A stretch of DNA of 64,000 bases, taken from NCBI GenBank assembly GCA_028534125.1, contig CM052832.1, forward strand, positions 11,658,001 through 11,722,000. The letters are read 5' to 3'. The notes under the pieces are model-generated. The model worked only from the letters and a program-made list of their open reading frames with translations. It was not told the origin of the DNA and made no database searches. Shown in pieces: positions 50,621 through 63,710 of the stretch. Position numbers and translations under genes: made by a program. Positions within the stretch are counted from its first letter, which is position 1. Each line of letters begins with the position of its first letter. Source of the stretch: Lama glama. Its lineage: Eukaryota.

Positions 50621-51559
50621 GAGTTAGTCCCATTTCAGAGTTCTGTTGTAATGAAGGCCTCAAGAATGGGAAGAATGTCCATACCTACAAAACCTGTTGC
50701 CACCTTGTTACACACCAGGCTTCCTCTTGCTGTAGCAGAAAACTGAGCAGCAAGTGGTGGGGTAGGAAATAAACAAGCACTTGCTAAATGTTTCTCTTAT
50801 TTAAGCAACATGGTAGGTAGTAGGTACATGTGCTTGAGCTCATTTAAGACCCATAAGAAATCTGCGTTGTAGGCATTGGGGAATTACTGAAGGTTTGGCC
50901 CTTGTTTTCCTTCTTCTTGCAGCTGAGTTAACAATAACTACTGAGGATTAAATTACTTGACCTGAGGTCAGACAGCTGTTAAGTGACAGAGTTAGGATTC
51001 ACATCCCAATCCTTTGATTCCAAATCTCTTTTTTATTTTAGTTTAAATGATATTTTTCAGGGAAATGCATGTTGTCATAGATATCTTAAAAATATATAAA
51101 ATTCCAAATAAATAATAAAAAAATAAGGCCACCAAAGCACTGTGCAATACTCATACGGACACACCATAATTTACCATTTATAATAATAATTTATCATTTT
51201 TTTGTCTGTTTCTTAATTTGAATCATTTGGGTTGGTAAACCTATTCTGTTTCCACTACATGACATCAGCCAAGGGCAGCAGGCATGGGCAGGAGTCAGGG
51301 TCTGAAAGGAGCAGGGTTCTATACAGACAGTTGCTGTTCAGATTGATATGGTTCAGTACCTTGGAGAGCTCCAAAGCAGTAACATTCTATTGGAGACTCA
51401 GCAGAACAGTGGCTGGGAGTTCTTTATAGAGCTTTGAACTCCTTCCCAAGAATAGAATGTTAAAAGAGGCCATACACAGCTGGGATGGTCTCTGTTGGAT
51501 TCATCCTCATGTCTCCCCAATTCAATGCTTTTTGTGAGAGTAGGTCATTATTCTTACCA

Positions 51560-51850
51560 CTATGCCTTTTCTCAGGCTGTCTCCCCAGCTAGGAATGCCT
51601 GGCTAATTTCTACTCATCCTTTAATGTTCCATTTAATCATTAATTTCTCCAAAAAGCTTCCTGAGCTCCCTCTGCCTCCCCCCTCAACCACACCCTCTCC
51701 CCTCGCTTTCTTCCTCTCAATCTCTCTTGATCGTTACATATGCCACACTAGATTATAATTGTCTGTCCTCCTAACTAGACTGTTTCTTGAGGACAGGGGC
51801 TGTGTCTCAGTTAGCTTTGGTCTTAATAAATACTCAATAAATATTACATA
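51560..51850 (-). mobile_element. L2 3' end
   Basis: ctagactgtttcttgaggacaggggctgtgtctc...tactcaataaatatt. Confidence 0.6.
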
Positions 51851-51897
51851 TGTAATAAATTAGTGCATTTTCTATTTGATAATAGGGAGTTATTGAA

Positions 51898-52100
51898 GAT
51901 TCTCAACAACTTTGCCCCTCAAAGGATATTTGCAATGTCTGGAAATAATTTTTGTTGTTGCAGCTCAGGGTGGGGTGCTACTGGCATATAATTGGTAAAG
52001 ATCATGGACACTTCCTGACATCCTAGGTGCACAGGACAGCCCCCACATCAAAGAATAATCTGGCCCAAAATGTTATTCGTGCTGAGGTTGGGAAGTCCTA
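51898..52100. mobile_element. MER20
   Basis: ttgcccctcaaaggatatttgcaatgtctggaaataatttttg..gtgctactggcat..tgcacaggacagcccccac..tctggcccaaaatgt. Confidence 0.75.
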
Positions 52101-55100
52101 GTTTTAGAATAATGAAATGGATTTAATCAAACTCTTCTTTAATCAATTTAAGAGTCTCCAGAGAGCAGTGAGTCCAACTGGTTCACTTTACAGACAAAAA
52201 ACCAAGCTAGTTGGTTGTAGGGCCAGGGCAAGAACTTGTACTGTGGCACCCTTTCCACACAGTTGCACTTGGCTTAATGTTATTTTTTAGCCATCCAGTA
52301 CTCTGAGTGGGGAAGGGACAGAATGGTTTTCTTAATGCCCACTGTCCTGGGCTCATCGATAGGTTTGGGGGACAAGGATGAGACTGTTAAGACTGGAGAA
52401 AAATTTTTGGAGTCACAAAACAGGCCCAGCTAGTTTCATCCCACCCAATCCCCACATCAGCCTTTTTTCTAGAAATATGTGCCACAAATCTAGGGCTGAA
52501 TGAGAAGAGTTCTTTCAATGGCTCATTTCTGAACAATTCAATCTGCTCCGGGAAATGAGAGATTAGCCTGTGGAAGAGTGAATTATTTTAAGCCACTCTA
52601 CATTAGAACCAATTAAAGCTCTGGAGGGCTCAGCCTGGCCCAGGAGAATTCACTCTAATTGCTACAAACCAAGGGGATCCAGTATAATTTTTCTCCCATC
52701 AGCAAATAGTAGCATTTGGGGAGATGAACTCAATCTCCAAGGGAAGCTTTGAACCAAATGGGATGGTTATCTCCCTCTTCAAGTGCCTCAGATTTAGAAA
52801 GCTCTTGATCCCAAAGAGTGCTCCAACCATACTTCTCATGAGGCAAATCTGCCATTTTCCCAGCAGTAATCTGCATTTCTTCCATTCAGCTCTGTTGAGT
52901 TATAAAAGCCAAATGATTCAGACACAATACACAGTGAATCAGCAAAGGAAGGAAATGTAGAAAGAAGAATCCACGTGTCATCTTGAATAGAAGTGATTTC
53001 CAATAAATTTTGTGAATTGTCTTCAAGGGAATCAGCTGAATGCGTTAATCATTTATTGTATATCATAACTGTCTGGCGCATATGTGATTAGCTGGAAATG
53101 ATATTTGTGGGTCCACTGAGGCTCTGAAATGATGCAGAAGGGTAGCTTGTTTCTGCAGAAACAGCTCAATTTACTTTGCTGAAGTTTGCCTTGGAGCATC
53201 AAAGGCTGTTCCTGTGTTGGCTGCTACTGGCATGAGAACACGATGGTGGGCAGGGACAGAAAAGCGTAACAGGCAGCAGGTCCCAACAAGAAAAAGCTGT
53301 CTTTCCACCTCGATTCCTCATCCTCTTCCTCCCCCCTGCTCCCCACCACACATGAACACCATGGGGAAGAGTAGTTCAGTAACTCAGAATTTGGATTCAA
53401 GTAGATCTAGGTTTGAATGACAGCTCTGCTTCTTTTCTAAGCCTCAGATTCTTTACCTATAAATTGGAACTAATAATGCTAATATCCCCAGCTTGTCAAG
53501 GGGGCTTACTTGAGATGATGTATATAAAACATACGACTCATGAAGGCACTAAAGAAGGGTTCTATTATCATCACTGGGCTTAGTCTCTGTCTAGGTAATT
53601 TTCTAAAGACAGATAGCTGGGTCCGGGGGATTAGTGAGATGGGAATCATGGGATATGGACTGTCAAATGTAAGAAAAAATATCTGCATCAGGGGTCCACT
53701 TTAAGTTTTGAGGTCTAGGGATTTTCCAAAACTCTTTACAAGATGTAAAATGGTTGGAGTTGTGGTTAATCAAATGTTTGAATTACTCAGCTCTGTATTT
53801 AAGTTTTTAGAGAACAGGTTTGTCACTAAGCAGGCCTGCACAAAGTCCAAAACTTGCAGTAACCTAGAGTTACAGTTCAGAGAGAACATCAAACAAGAAT
53901 CACCCTGCTATGGGTCCAAAGAGAGATCATTGCTTCTGCCATGAAAGAAAAAGGGGTTCAGCTGGTGAATCTTCAGTTAGAGTAAATATAGGGTTGGTGA
54001 TGGGTGTCCTAAGTGCAAAGGTGCCCAAAGGCAGCTCACCACCAGAATCTCTGGGAGAACATTACAAAAATTATACGGGTTGCTATAGGGGATGCACTTG
54101 GTGTTACGAGAGCATACCTGAGGGAACCAAACCCTACCTGAGAGGCAAAGCCTAAGAAGCTTCCTAGAGGAGATACTTAAGTCAGGTTCGTGAGATGAGT
54201 GGCACTTAGGTAGGTGAAGAAGGGAGGAAAGGATGCCCCAGATAAAAAGTGTGAGCAAAGTTACAGAGGCAGGAAACGACATGGGATGTTTGAGAAATTG
54301 TAGTTTAGCATAGCTAGAGAGTAGGTTTGAATGGGCAGTGGGGAGTAATGAAGCTGGGTCTTGGGAGTGGATTTTGCATAGGAAAAGAAGATGATGCGGT
54401 GACATGATGAAAACTCCAATCAGAGAATCACTCACCATGGAAACTCTCTGTCTTTGGCAGCTCCTGGTGGGAAAGGAGACCGAAAGCCAAGGATAAGTAC
54501 TGTATGGTTTCCCCTATTATTTGCTTCCTCATGGAGATTCCAGATTCATAGAGGGGCTCAGTCCATTGTCCCTAGCAGCTGGATTTCTTGTGAGGCAGAC
54601 TAGAATCCCCGATGGCTCCTACAAACAGACTATGGGAGGCTGGCTAATTGATAGGCCTATCCATACTGCATCACAGCGACCTCACAGTGAGGTCAATGGC
54701 TGCATAAATTTAACCAAAGCCTATCAAGGCAATGGGAGAAAGAGTTTACTTTGGTATAAATAAGCTCTGGAGAGTGACTGGAATCAGGAAGAACCTAGGA
54801 GAAAAACTTACATGTCAGTTTTTCTGACATGGGAACAATTTTTTGTTTGAATGACATGGAAACAATTTCAATTCAACCATCTCTGATGAATAGTATCTTC
54901 CTTAGTGCAAAAACCTACCAAGGTACCAATTCTTCACATGCATTCCAATCTGTCTGGGTTAAGAAGGTCTTCTTTTGCTCCATCTGTTTCTTTCCAGGCC
55001 TTTGCTTGCCCACCAAATATGGGCCATGCCGGTTTCATACTCTTATTTGCCCATGTTGACTAAGGATCCACACTGAACCAGGTACTGGTAGGCACTCCCT

Positions 55101-57831
55101 ATCAGCTCACCTTATCCTGTTATCTGCCTGTGAGATATTATTCCCATTTACAGACGAAGAAACAGAGGTACAAGTGCCTTGTCCAAGGCAAAATAAAAAT
55201 TAGAAGCTACGTGGTTTTGATTTACTTCTACAGCTCAATGGATTATCACAGAAATTACTCATGGAACCACCACTTAAGTCAAGAGAGAATTTGTCGACAT
55301 CCCTTTCCCCTCAAATCTCTACCTTCCCTCTACTTCTCTGAAGCCTTTTCTGGTTCCAAACTTCTGCTTTCTCCCTGAGTCCACACCACCTCCCTTAGCC
55401 TCTCTTTATAGTAAAAGAAATGGGGCAATAAAGAGAATGAGGGACTTTCCTATGACTGCATAAATGTCAGAACTGGGACTTGAACCCATGTGTTTGAAGT
55501 CCTTTGTATCTTGGTCAATACCCTCCTCTCAGCTTACCTAAGTACGTTCCATCTCTCAAGGCCGGTCAAATGCTGTGCTCCTCAATGGAGCCTTCTGGAG
55601 CACCCCTGTCCTCAAGGGTCTTTTCCTCTTCCTGGTCAGTTCCTACCTATCTGTCCCACAGATAAGACACTTAGCAGATAGTATTCGGCATTATTTAGCA
55701 TTTCACATTCTTGTTTCATCTTCCCTATGAGTTTGTAAGTTTTTTGGAGGCCAGGTATCACAACTTACACCTGTTTGTATTCATAGAACCCTGAAAGTGG
55801 CCTGCAGAACAAGTGGATTCCTGGGCTCTGGAGTCAGACTCAGGTTCAAATCCTGGTCCTGCTAGTGGTGTGACACTGAATTCTTAATCTCTGTCCAAAT
55901 GCCTTCCTGAAGGGTTGTTGAGAAAATTAAAGTACGTAATGATTTTCAGGGTGTAGCATAGTGCCTGGCACACATTAATCATTCCACAAAGGTCAACCAT
56001 TTTTGGAATCCAACAAGTATTTACTGTTGACAGTGAATTAGTCAACCGGTCCTCAAGGTTAAAAAAAAATTTTTTTTTAAAGAAAGAACTAAGATAGAAA
56101 GTCTCCTTTCCATAGGATACAAGTCTAGAAAAGCAACACACAAGTTAGAAGGAGGCCAGATATTGAGTGGGAATAGCCTCACTCCCCCTCTATCATGTCC
56201 ATCTTACTACAGAAGCACTAATGGCTCCCCAGCGTGCAGAGCACTGGAATGACTAACAGCTGAGCAGGCGACGACCCAGCAGAGTCAGGGGCCCTGGCCG
56301 TGTTCCTGCTGCTAAGTCATGCAGAAGAGGCACTCTGAGCCTTGGCAGCACCTAATGCTGTTAGAATGAAAGATGAGTCCATTTGGGCCCCAAACTTTGG
56401 TGTTCAGGCACTCTAGAAGGTCAATGGCTGGAGAGAAATGCAAGGGCTAAAGCAGGAGTTTCCAGGGAAGAGGCTGAGCAGCTGTCAAGAATCAGGAAAT
56501 ATACCACTCTGGGTGCATGTGCATATTTTAACCAAACGGTCCATTTCTTAAAAGGACTTTAAAGGGCAAAAGCTTGTCTTCCTTCCAACTTTCCTTCCAT
56601 ACATAACCACACAGGAGCAAGCTCCTTTGAAACACACAACCTATTGCCTTCTTCGTGCCCATTCTCAACTTGCAAAGAGATTCTTCTCCAAATACTTTCA
56701 GAAAAAAATTAAGGAGAGTTTTGGGATGGGATTTACATACTGATTATCTTCCGCTGTCATTCTGTGGGCTTTGTCTGATTATCTGCCCTGCAAGGTGCAG
56801 GAGGCATTTCTCTGAGCATCAGTGCTAAGCACAAAAGAACTCAAAACAAAATAATGTGAGGCACATCAGGTGGGTGGGAAACTGTCATAACAGATTTTGG
56901 AAGCTGAAGGGCATTAAGGAGAAGCAGAAGAGGGTAATGAGGAAGCTTTCAGATAATGGGACCAGGAAGGACTGACTAGGAAAACAGTAGACACTGCTGG
57001 GCTCTTCCAAACCACAAGATCCCTATAGTTGGGTGGGGGTTGGGAGGGCACAAAAAAGCAAAACTCAAACCAGCGGTAGCTGTCAGGTAAAAGCAAGTTG
57101 TGATCATCAAGCCAAGAGCAGGTGGGGGCAAGAGAGTCACGTGGCAACACTTTCCAATGCAAATACAAAAGATAGTGCTATAAAAAAATGGACTATCACC
57201 AGAAATATTTATTGTCCACGGCAATGTCCAGGAATTATACAATCTTATTAGCTTTTCTTCTCTGGCCTCAGTTTCCCCACATTTAATCCGAAGAAGTCAT
57301 ACTACTCCCCAGTCTGAGTTAGAGACCCTCCTCTTCTCCCTCAGACCTTCGTGTGTAACTGTCTATTAATGAGTCTGTCTCCCTAGCTAGACCTTAAACT
57401 CCAAGGGCTGGGATCGTATTTTATTCCTATCTGCATTGTCAAAGCCTGGCACAGGGCCTGGCTTATAGCAGGTGTTCAATCAACATTTACTGACTGAATG
57501 GTCCCTAAAGTTCTTGGAGGATAGACTCATGGAATGACTGGATCAGTTGTTCTGATTCTGTCCTCCACAGAGCTCAACATGAAGTGTGGTCCAGATCACC
57601 CTCCCCACCCCCCTGGGAGCTGTCCTGCTCAGGCTGCTTCTGTGGAAACACTGTGGCCCTCCCCGAGCCTTCTTCTTTTCTTAACTTCTATATTCCCATC
57701 TTCAAATATCATTCTCCTTGGTCTGTGCCAGTCTAAAGCTGTTTCACTTGCTTCAAACTTCAGGACAGGCGTCTCTCATTTACTCCCCTTTCTGCAACCA
57801 AATCCACACAGCCTGCTTAGGTCTTTCACAG

Positions 57832-58282
57832 GTCTTACCTTAGATTCTCTTGGAGGAAGAACCTGATAACGATTTGAATGGGAGAAGTTTACTAGGGAAG
57901 TGATTCCAGGGATCATGGATGGTGGAGCAGGGAAGTGAGACAGGAAATGGAAGCAAGGTGACACAGGATGCTCTAATGAGTAGGTACTGCTGTGGGCAAC
58001 TGAGGCTCATTCCTCCTGAAGACCCCTTGGAGACTCTGTGGAACATACCTCAGAGTCATCCTGATGAGGAGTGCGGGAGCTGGGGGATTTATCCACCAAC
58101 TCCCATCCAAAACTGGTTCAAAGTTAATGCCCCACCACTGCTAGTCTGCCTCATGCATTAGCTAAACACAGTCTTACAGCCGGAGAAGGTGTCCAGGGGC
58201 TTGTATAAACAAGCCATCAGCACGTATAGCAACAGTGAGATCTGAGCGGATCCCGGCAGCAGCACCAACACCTTATGTGACA
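57832..58282. mobile_element. ERVL-type LTR-like element
   Basis: gggagaagtttactagggaagtgattccaggga..gcagggaagtgagacaggaa; family not firmly assigned. Confidence 0.45.
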
Positions 58283-58760
58283 ACTTCTGGCCTGACGCCT
58301 AAAGGCTTCCACTTTCTCCTCCCAGTTTGCTCTGCTTGGATTAAAACATAAAGTTCTCCAGTTGGAAGAGACTTTGCAATCATCTACATTAACCAAATCC
58401 CTCTTCAGTTCAGAACCCCCTCCACAACATTCCTGACAAGCAGTTAGCCTCTACTTGAATGCTGCTAGTGTCGGGGAACTCACGGCACCCAAATTATTTC
58501 AAGTAACTCGCTATTTCTGGAATAGCTGAGTTGCTGAAAAATTTTTTTTCAAAGATTCCACATGTCACCTTGTAATTTCCAACTGTTGGCCTTAATTCTG
58601 CCTTTTGAAACCCCACAAAATGATTCTCCTCCCCTATTTGCAATAGCTCTTTTAATAGTTTCTACAACTAACCAAAGACTATGTTTTCACTATGACTGTC
58701 CTTCTCCAGCCCAAATCATCCACTGCCTTTCCCACTCTTACTAAAATATGGTCTTTAGAC

Positions 58761-58975
58761 TAGTCATTCTCAACCGGGGACAAATTTTCCTCCAGAGGGG
58801 ACAGTTGGCACTGTCCGGAGACATTTTTGGCTGTTACAACCACCAGGGGGTGCTACTGGCAAGTATGGGCTGTGGCCAGGGATGTTGCTAAGAATCATAG
58901 AAGACACAGGACTGCCCCCACAACAAAGAATTATCTGGCCCTAAATGTCTGAAGTACCAAGGCCGAGAAACCCTG
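58761..58975. mobile_element. MER20
   Basis: tagtcattctcaaccgggg...gtccggagacatttttggctgttacaac..ggtgctactggc..aattatctggccctaaatgtc..gagaaaccctg; hAT-like TSD ctttagac / ctctagaa. Confidence 0.85.
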
Positions 58976-59564
58976 CTCTAGAAACACCATTATCCAGGTC
59001 ACTCTCCTCTGGATATACCTAGGGCTTGTCATACACAGCACAGTGCTCAGAACATGACATGTAGTACCTGCAGGAATAGGACCAAAGAGAGCATGACAGC
59101 ATGGTGGGGGGCCTCTTACTCTGACAATGGGATTGACTACAGCAGCCAAAGCACCCGCCACATACGACCCTCCTTCCGAGTCTGGGGTCAGGGAAAAGCT
59201 CCAAGTACTACTGAGACAAACTGCTCTCAAACCAATGATTAGGAAATAAAAACAAAGATGTAAAAACATACATGCAAATCTAGGAGGCAGAGTTCCTGCT
59301 GAGCATCACCACAACTCTTTAATTATGATAAACTGAATCAAATTCGTTTCAGTTTATTTTTTTACCATAAAGATGTAATTGTAGATCTTTCTATCAAATT
59401 TTTGTCACCTGAAATACGATAAATTGTCTTTTATATTTTCATCCATGCCACTCCTAAAAAAATCAAATAGGACACACTGATGTTGATCCATTTCTTACTT
59501 TTTGGATAAGGCTGGGTTGACCAGCTATGAATCCACTTAATTGTAGCTTACATTTATTTATCAG

Positions 59565-59935
59565 ATCTAAGAAAACACCAGGTCTAGATGGTTTTACTAC
59601 TAATTCTTATCAAATATTCAAGAATCAGTTAATTCCTATTTTATTCAAACTGTTCTAGGAAATGCAGGAGGTGAGGGTGAGATGGAGACTTAAGCTTATT
59701 TCAAAAGCTAGTATAATCCTAAAACCAAAACCTTTCAAGAACAGTACATGAAAAAAAATTACAGGAAAATCTCATTAATGAACATAGTTACAAAATTCCT
59801 TAAAAATTACCAAATTGGATCTAGATTTGAATTCTATATTTTATAAAGTGGCTGAGTTTTGTTTATTCCAGGAATGTAGGATGGTTTAACAGAAAGTCTA
59901 TTAATAAAACTCACTACATTAATAGACTGAAGAGG
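59565..59935 (+). mobile_element. Old L1 ORF2 fragment
   Basis: aagaaaacaccaggtctagatggttttact ([10 protein letters not shown]) and tttattccaggaatgtaggatggtttaac (FIPGM*GWFN-like). Confidence 0.7.
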
Positions 59936-59989
59936 TAGGAAGGAGTCAGGGATGGACCACAGGCACACAGAGAAATGTCTTTTTTTTTC

Positions 59990-60390
59990 TTTTTTGAGTA
60001 GCTTTTTCTGAGTAACAAAACCCACAAAATTTCTGTGATATAAAATAGCACTCATTTTTCATACATCTTGGGTAAGCCAGGGGCAGCTATTTTAGGCTGG
60101 GCTCAGCTGGTTAGTGGATCAGCTGGGTGACCATATCCACAAAACTCTCATTATTCTTGGACCAGCTGGCTAGCTGTTGCAAGTTCACCTCATGGCAGTG
60201 CAGAGTACTAAGACGGCACACTCAACAGGACAAACACACTTCAAGCCCCACTACTTGTATAATGTCTGCCATCAGCCATTTGGCAAAAACAACTTGCATG
60301 ATTGAGTTCAAAGCAAAGAATGGGAAAGCATACTCTCCATGGCATGGATACTAGGAGTGAAGAATTCAGGCCAAATACTTAATATATCAC
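59990..60390. mobile_element. MLT1 (MaLR) LTR, old subfamily
   Basis: gagtaacaaaacccacaaaatttctgtgatataaaatagcactc..ggctgggctcagctgg..gtctgccatcagccatttggcaaaaac. Confidence 0.5.
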
Positions 60391-60509
60391 AGGGCACATG
60401 AGTATTTTATTACTTAAAATTTACAGATTATGATATATACATACACATTACAGAAATGTTTATTATGTGTGTGTGTGTGTATATATATGAAATTTGGTAT
60501 GTGCAACAT

Positions 60510-60630
60510 ATTTTTAAAGTTTGGGGGGGGTTGGGGGTATTTATTTATTTTAATGAAGGTACTGGGGATTGAACCCAGGTCCTCATGCATGCTAAGCACA
60601 TACTCTACCACTGAGCTATACCCTTCCCCC
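60510..60630 (-). mobile_element. tRNA-derived SINE, camelid Vic-1 type
   Basis: ggtactggggattgaacccaggtcctcatgcatgctaagcacatactctaccactgagctataccc, same family as the 10286 copy. Confidence 0.85.
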
Positions 60631-61029
60631 ACAAATATTTCATAATAAAACTTAAATTCACACAATAAGTACACTTTGGAATACTTCTTATGTACTAGTC
60701 TGATACTCTTATCCAAAAAGGAAATGAAGCCAGTTTGGCAGGATGTATTCTTCACGATCATCTCATTCATCTTTACTTTATCCCATTTTTTCAACCTCTT
60801 CAAAAAAGAATTTGAAGAGGTTTACAAAGCACTGAGACAAAAATAAATTGATACTAAATCAGAAAACAAAGCAAAGGGAAAATAAGGTCAACAAAACAAG
60901 ATGGAGCCATACATGCCATTAGCACTTGGCATTAGATATTCTCCGTTTTCTCCTCTCATCCTCGTCCCACTCTTCTCTACCTGTTTAAGGGCCCCTGGTC
61001 TCGGGCTTCTCCTGTAGGGCCCCACCTCC

Positions 61030-61470
61030 AGCAGTCAGTGTGATCCTTTAAAGATATGTCATATCATGTCATCTCCTACCTAAAATCCTCCAGTTGCTAA
61101 CTATCACACACAGAACAGGGTATAAAGGCACTTGCTGTTTCCTATGATGGAAACACTCTTCTCCAGATATCTACTTGCCTCCACCGGTCATTTCATTTAC
61201 ATTTAGGCCTCTGCTCAAATGACAACGTGTCAGAGAAGTCTTGCCTGGTTTTTAGCTGTAAATAGCCCCACCAACCCTATTCCTTATTTTACTTTTCTTC
61301 ATAGCACTGATCAGTACCCGGCATTACATTAAATATAAACATGTAATTATACATTTCTCTCTCTCTAGAATGTTAAGTGCTACGAAACAAGGGTTTTTTT
61401 CACCCCAGTGTCCCTGGTACCATACATGACACATAGCAGGCTCTTGATAAATATTTGCCACATGAATGAA
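61030..61470 (-). mobile_element. L2 3' region
   Basis: ttaggcctctgctcaaatgacaac..tcagagaagtctt..ctagaatgttaagtgc..acacatagcaggctcttgataaatatttg..tgaatgaa. Confidence 0.7.
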
Positions 61471-62079
61471 AGACTCCATTCTAGTTCATCTAGTTTCTTG
61501 ACTCAAACTCAGCAAGATCCAAGAAGTAGTTGCATCTCAATTATGTGAGTGGCATTTAGCTAGATGCTTAGAGTTTTAAAATCTTACAGTCCCTGACCTG
61601 AATTATGACCTTTGGGTGAGTAGTGACTGGAAGAGAGCACAAGGGAGCCCCCAGCGTACTAGAAACGTTATCTGGGTAGTAGGTATGTAGGTGTACGCAT
61701 AAATACAAACCTATTGAGCCAAACACTTAAGATACGTATATTTTAAGTTGCACCCCAATAAAAGTTTTGTCTTAAGTTTCTGGCCTATCTAGACACATCA
61801 ACAGGTAGTTTCCAATGTGACAGAGCAATGAGAGGTCTGCACAGCCTGCCTGCCATGTTATCCGTTAGAATGCCACCCTCCAAAGGGCAAAGACTGGCGC
61901 ACCGTTAAAAGGAAAAGGGTAGGCTGTATCCTGCCTTCCTTTTGACGCCAGAACCTCCCACAGATCATGGGCCTTCTTCAAGGTCTGGATCACGGCAGAG
62001 CTTCCCTCAGAGAAGCCTGGGCCGAGAGGGGAACAATGAGACAACCTTTATGCTTTAGATCCTTAACCACGTAGCTTGA

Positions 62080-62850
62080 GGAGATGGACACAGCGTCCAC
62101 ACGTTTGTAGGGGACAACTCGCTGTACACACAGCCTACGGAACGTCACAAACTCACCGCACGCAGGGCCGCGGGCCCTCAGTGCGCACGCGCAGCAGAAA
62201 GGGGCAGCTACGCAGGCGCACTGCAGCCTGGCGCCGGGCAAACCGGGTACCGGCGCCCCTTGGGCGAGCGCGCCCTCCCCGGCGCGTGCCATGGAGCAGC
62301 GGTTAGCTGAGTTCCGGGCGTCCCGGAAACGAGCGGGGCTGGCAGCCGAACCTAGCACTTCGAGCCAGAGAGCACCAACCTCGGGAGAGAAGGCGGAAGC
62401 AACTGCGACTCCAAAAGCAGCCCCAGGCTGGCTAAAACGGTTCCTGGTGTGGATACCGAGGCCTGCGAGTGGCCAGGCCCGGCCCAGCCTTACTCAGGTG
62501 AGAAGAGGGAGGTCTCGCCTCCGAGAAACTTGCTTCAGGGCCGCCGACGTGGCCTCTCACGTAACTCCGGCCGAGGCCCCGCCTCCGCCAGCAGGTGGTG
62601 GCCTACAGGCCCCGCCCCCTTGGGGGAGCGGCCCGGCCCGCAGGCCGCGCCCCCTCCGCTGGTTCCCGGCCCGGTCTTCGCTGGCGGGGCGGAACTGTTG
62701 GCACCGTCCTTCAGCTCTGTGGCGGGGCCTCGCGTCTCCTGCCGCAAGTCTGGGCTCTGATAAATGGCTTTGACGTTTTCTTTCCAGCCCGCGACCCACG
62801 CAGCTCCTGACTCCAGGCGGGAAGCGAGGGTCTGGGGTCCTGGAAGAAAG
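62080..62850. promoter_or_regulatory. SAYSD1: CpG island / SAYSD1 promoter
   Basis: Dense CpG and high GC. NRF1-type TGCGCACGCGCA at 62182-62193 and a related ACGCAGGCGCA at ~62210-62220. GC boxes (ccccgcct, ccccgcccc, ggggcgg) in early intron 1. Confidence 0.85.
62291..62497 (+). CDS. SAYSD1: SAYSD1 (SAYSvFN motif domain containing 1) coding exon 1, 207 bp
   Basis: Strong Kozak gccATGG. MEQRLAEFRASRKRAGLAAEPS...GEKAEATATPKAAPGWLKRFLVWIPRPASGQARPSLTQ matches the recalled SAYSD1 N-terminus. CAG|gtgaga donor, phase 0. Lies in a CpG island, syntenic with KCNK5. Exon 2 is outside the window. Confidence 0.93.
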
Positions 62851-63522
62851 CTCCTCTGCCCTTGAGTTATTCACAGCGAGTTGAGTTATCGTTGTGCCTC
62901 TCCGTGGCTTTGGGAAATCTCTCCACAACCGTGTTGAGCCACAAGCCTCTGCTAATGGCGGGTAAAAGGTCTAATTGTGTACTGATAAAACGTGGCAGTA
63001 ATTAAGGCGTCTTTTGATTCGCACCTGGGCCACACTGCATCTAGTCACCCAAATAGCCTGCGCGATTGTATAAAAATGGTATTTGAATACCAAACTCGCG
63101 GAAGTGTGGTAACGAACTGCCAGTGGTGGCATGTACTTGTGCATCGCTATTAAACTGGGGAAGTCTGTTCAAGTTCAACAATGAATGTTCAAGGCAAAAA
63201 CAGTATGTAGATTAGCATGATAGCTTTTCGATAATCTCTTATTCACATCTCTTTGTATCTTCATTGCTTTTGCTCATGAGTAAAGTGGCAAGGTGGGTTG
63301 CATGTGAAATTGGAGTATCTCTATGGGAATACAGGACAAATCATCAAGGGGAAATCTGTAAGGCAATCTGTGACAAGGCCTTTGTACCTCCTAAATGCAA
63401 GAAGAGCCAAAAATTCCTTTTGAAAATTAAATGTGCTGGAGCAGAAGTGTACCTTACTCCTCTTAAGATCATTTCTCTTAAGTTCATTTATCATTTCGCC
63501 TGCCACATCTGTTTTTAAGGAA

Positions 63523-63710
63523 ATTTTATTTATTTATTTATTTGTTTGTTTGTTGGTTGGTTGGTTGGTTGGTTGGTTGGTTTTGTTTTTGTTTGGGGGG
63601 GTAGTAATTAGATTTATTTACTTATTTTAATGGAGGTACTGGGATTGAACCCAGGACCTCATATATGCTAAGCTACACTCTACCACTGAGCTATACCCTT
63701 CCCCTCCCCG
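63523..63710 (-). mobile_element. tRNA-derived SINE, camelid Vic-1 type, with (TTTA)/(TTTG)/(TTGG) microsatellite tail
   Basis: Same A/B-box body as the other two copies; the tail has evolved into a compound simple repeat. Confidence 0.85.

Noticed and set aside
60560..60630. tRNA-Ala-like gene
   Set aside because: The A/B boxes are followed by a SINE tail, and there are three diverged copies in the window; it is a SINE.
62498..62773. Extension of the SAYSD1 ORF to 160 aa
   Set aside because: Read-through past a strong CAG|gtgag donor into CpG-island intron; SAYSD1 similarity stops at Q69.
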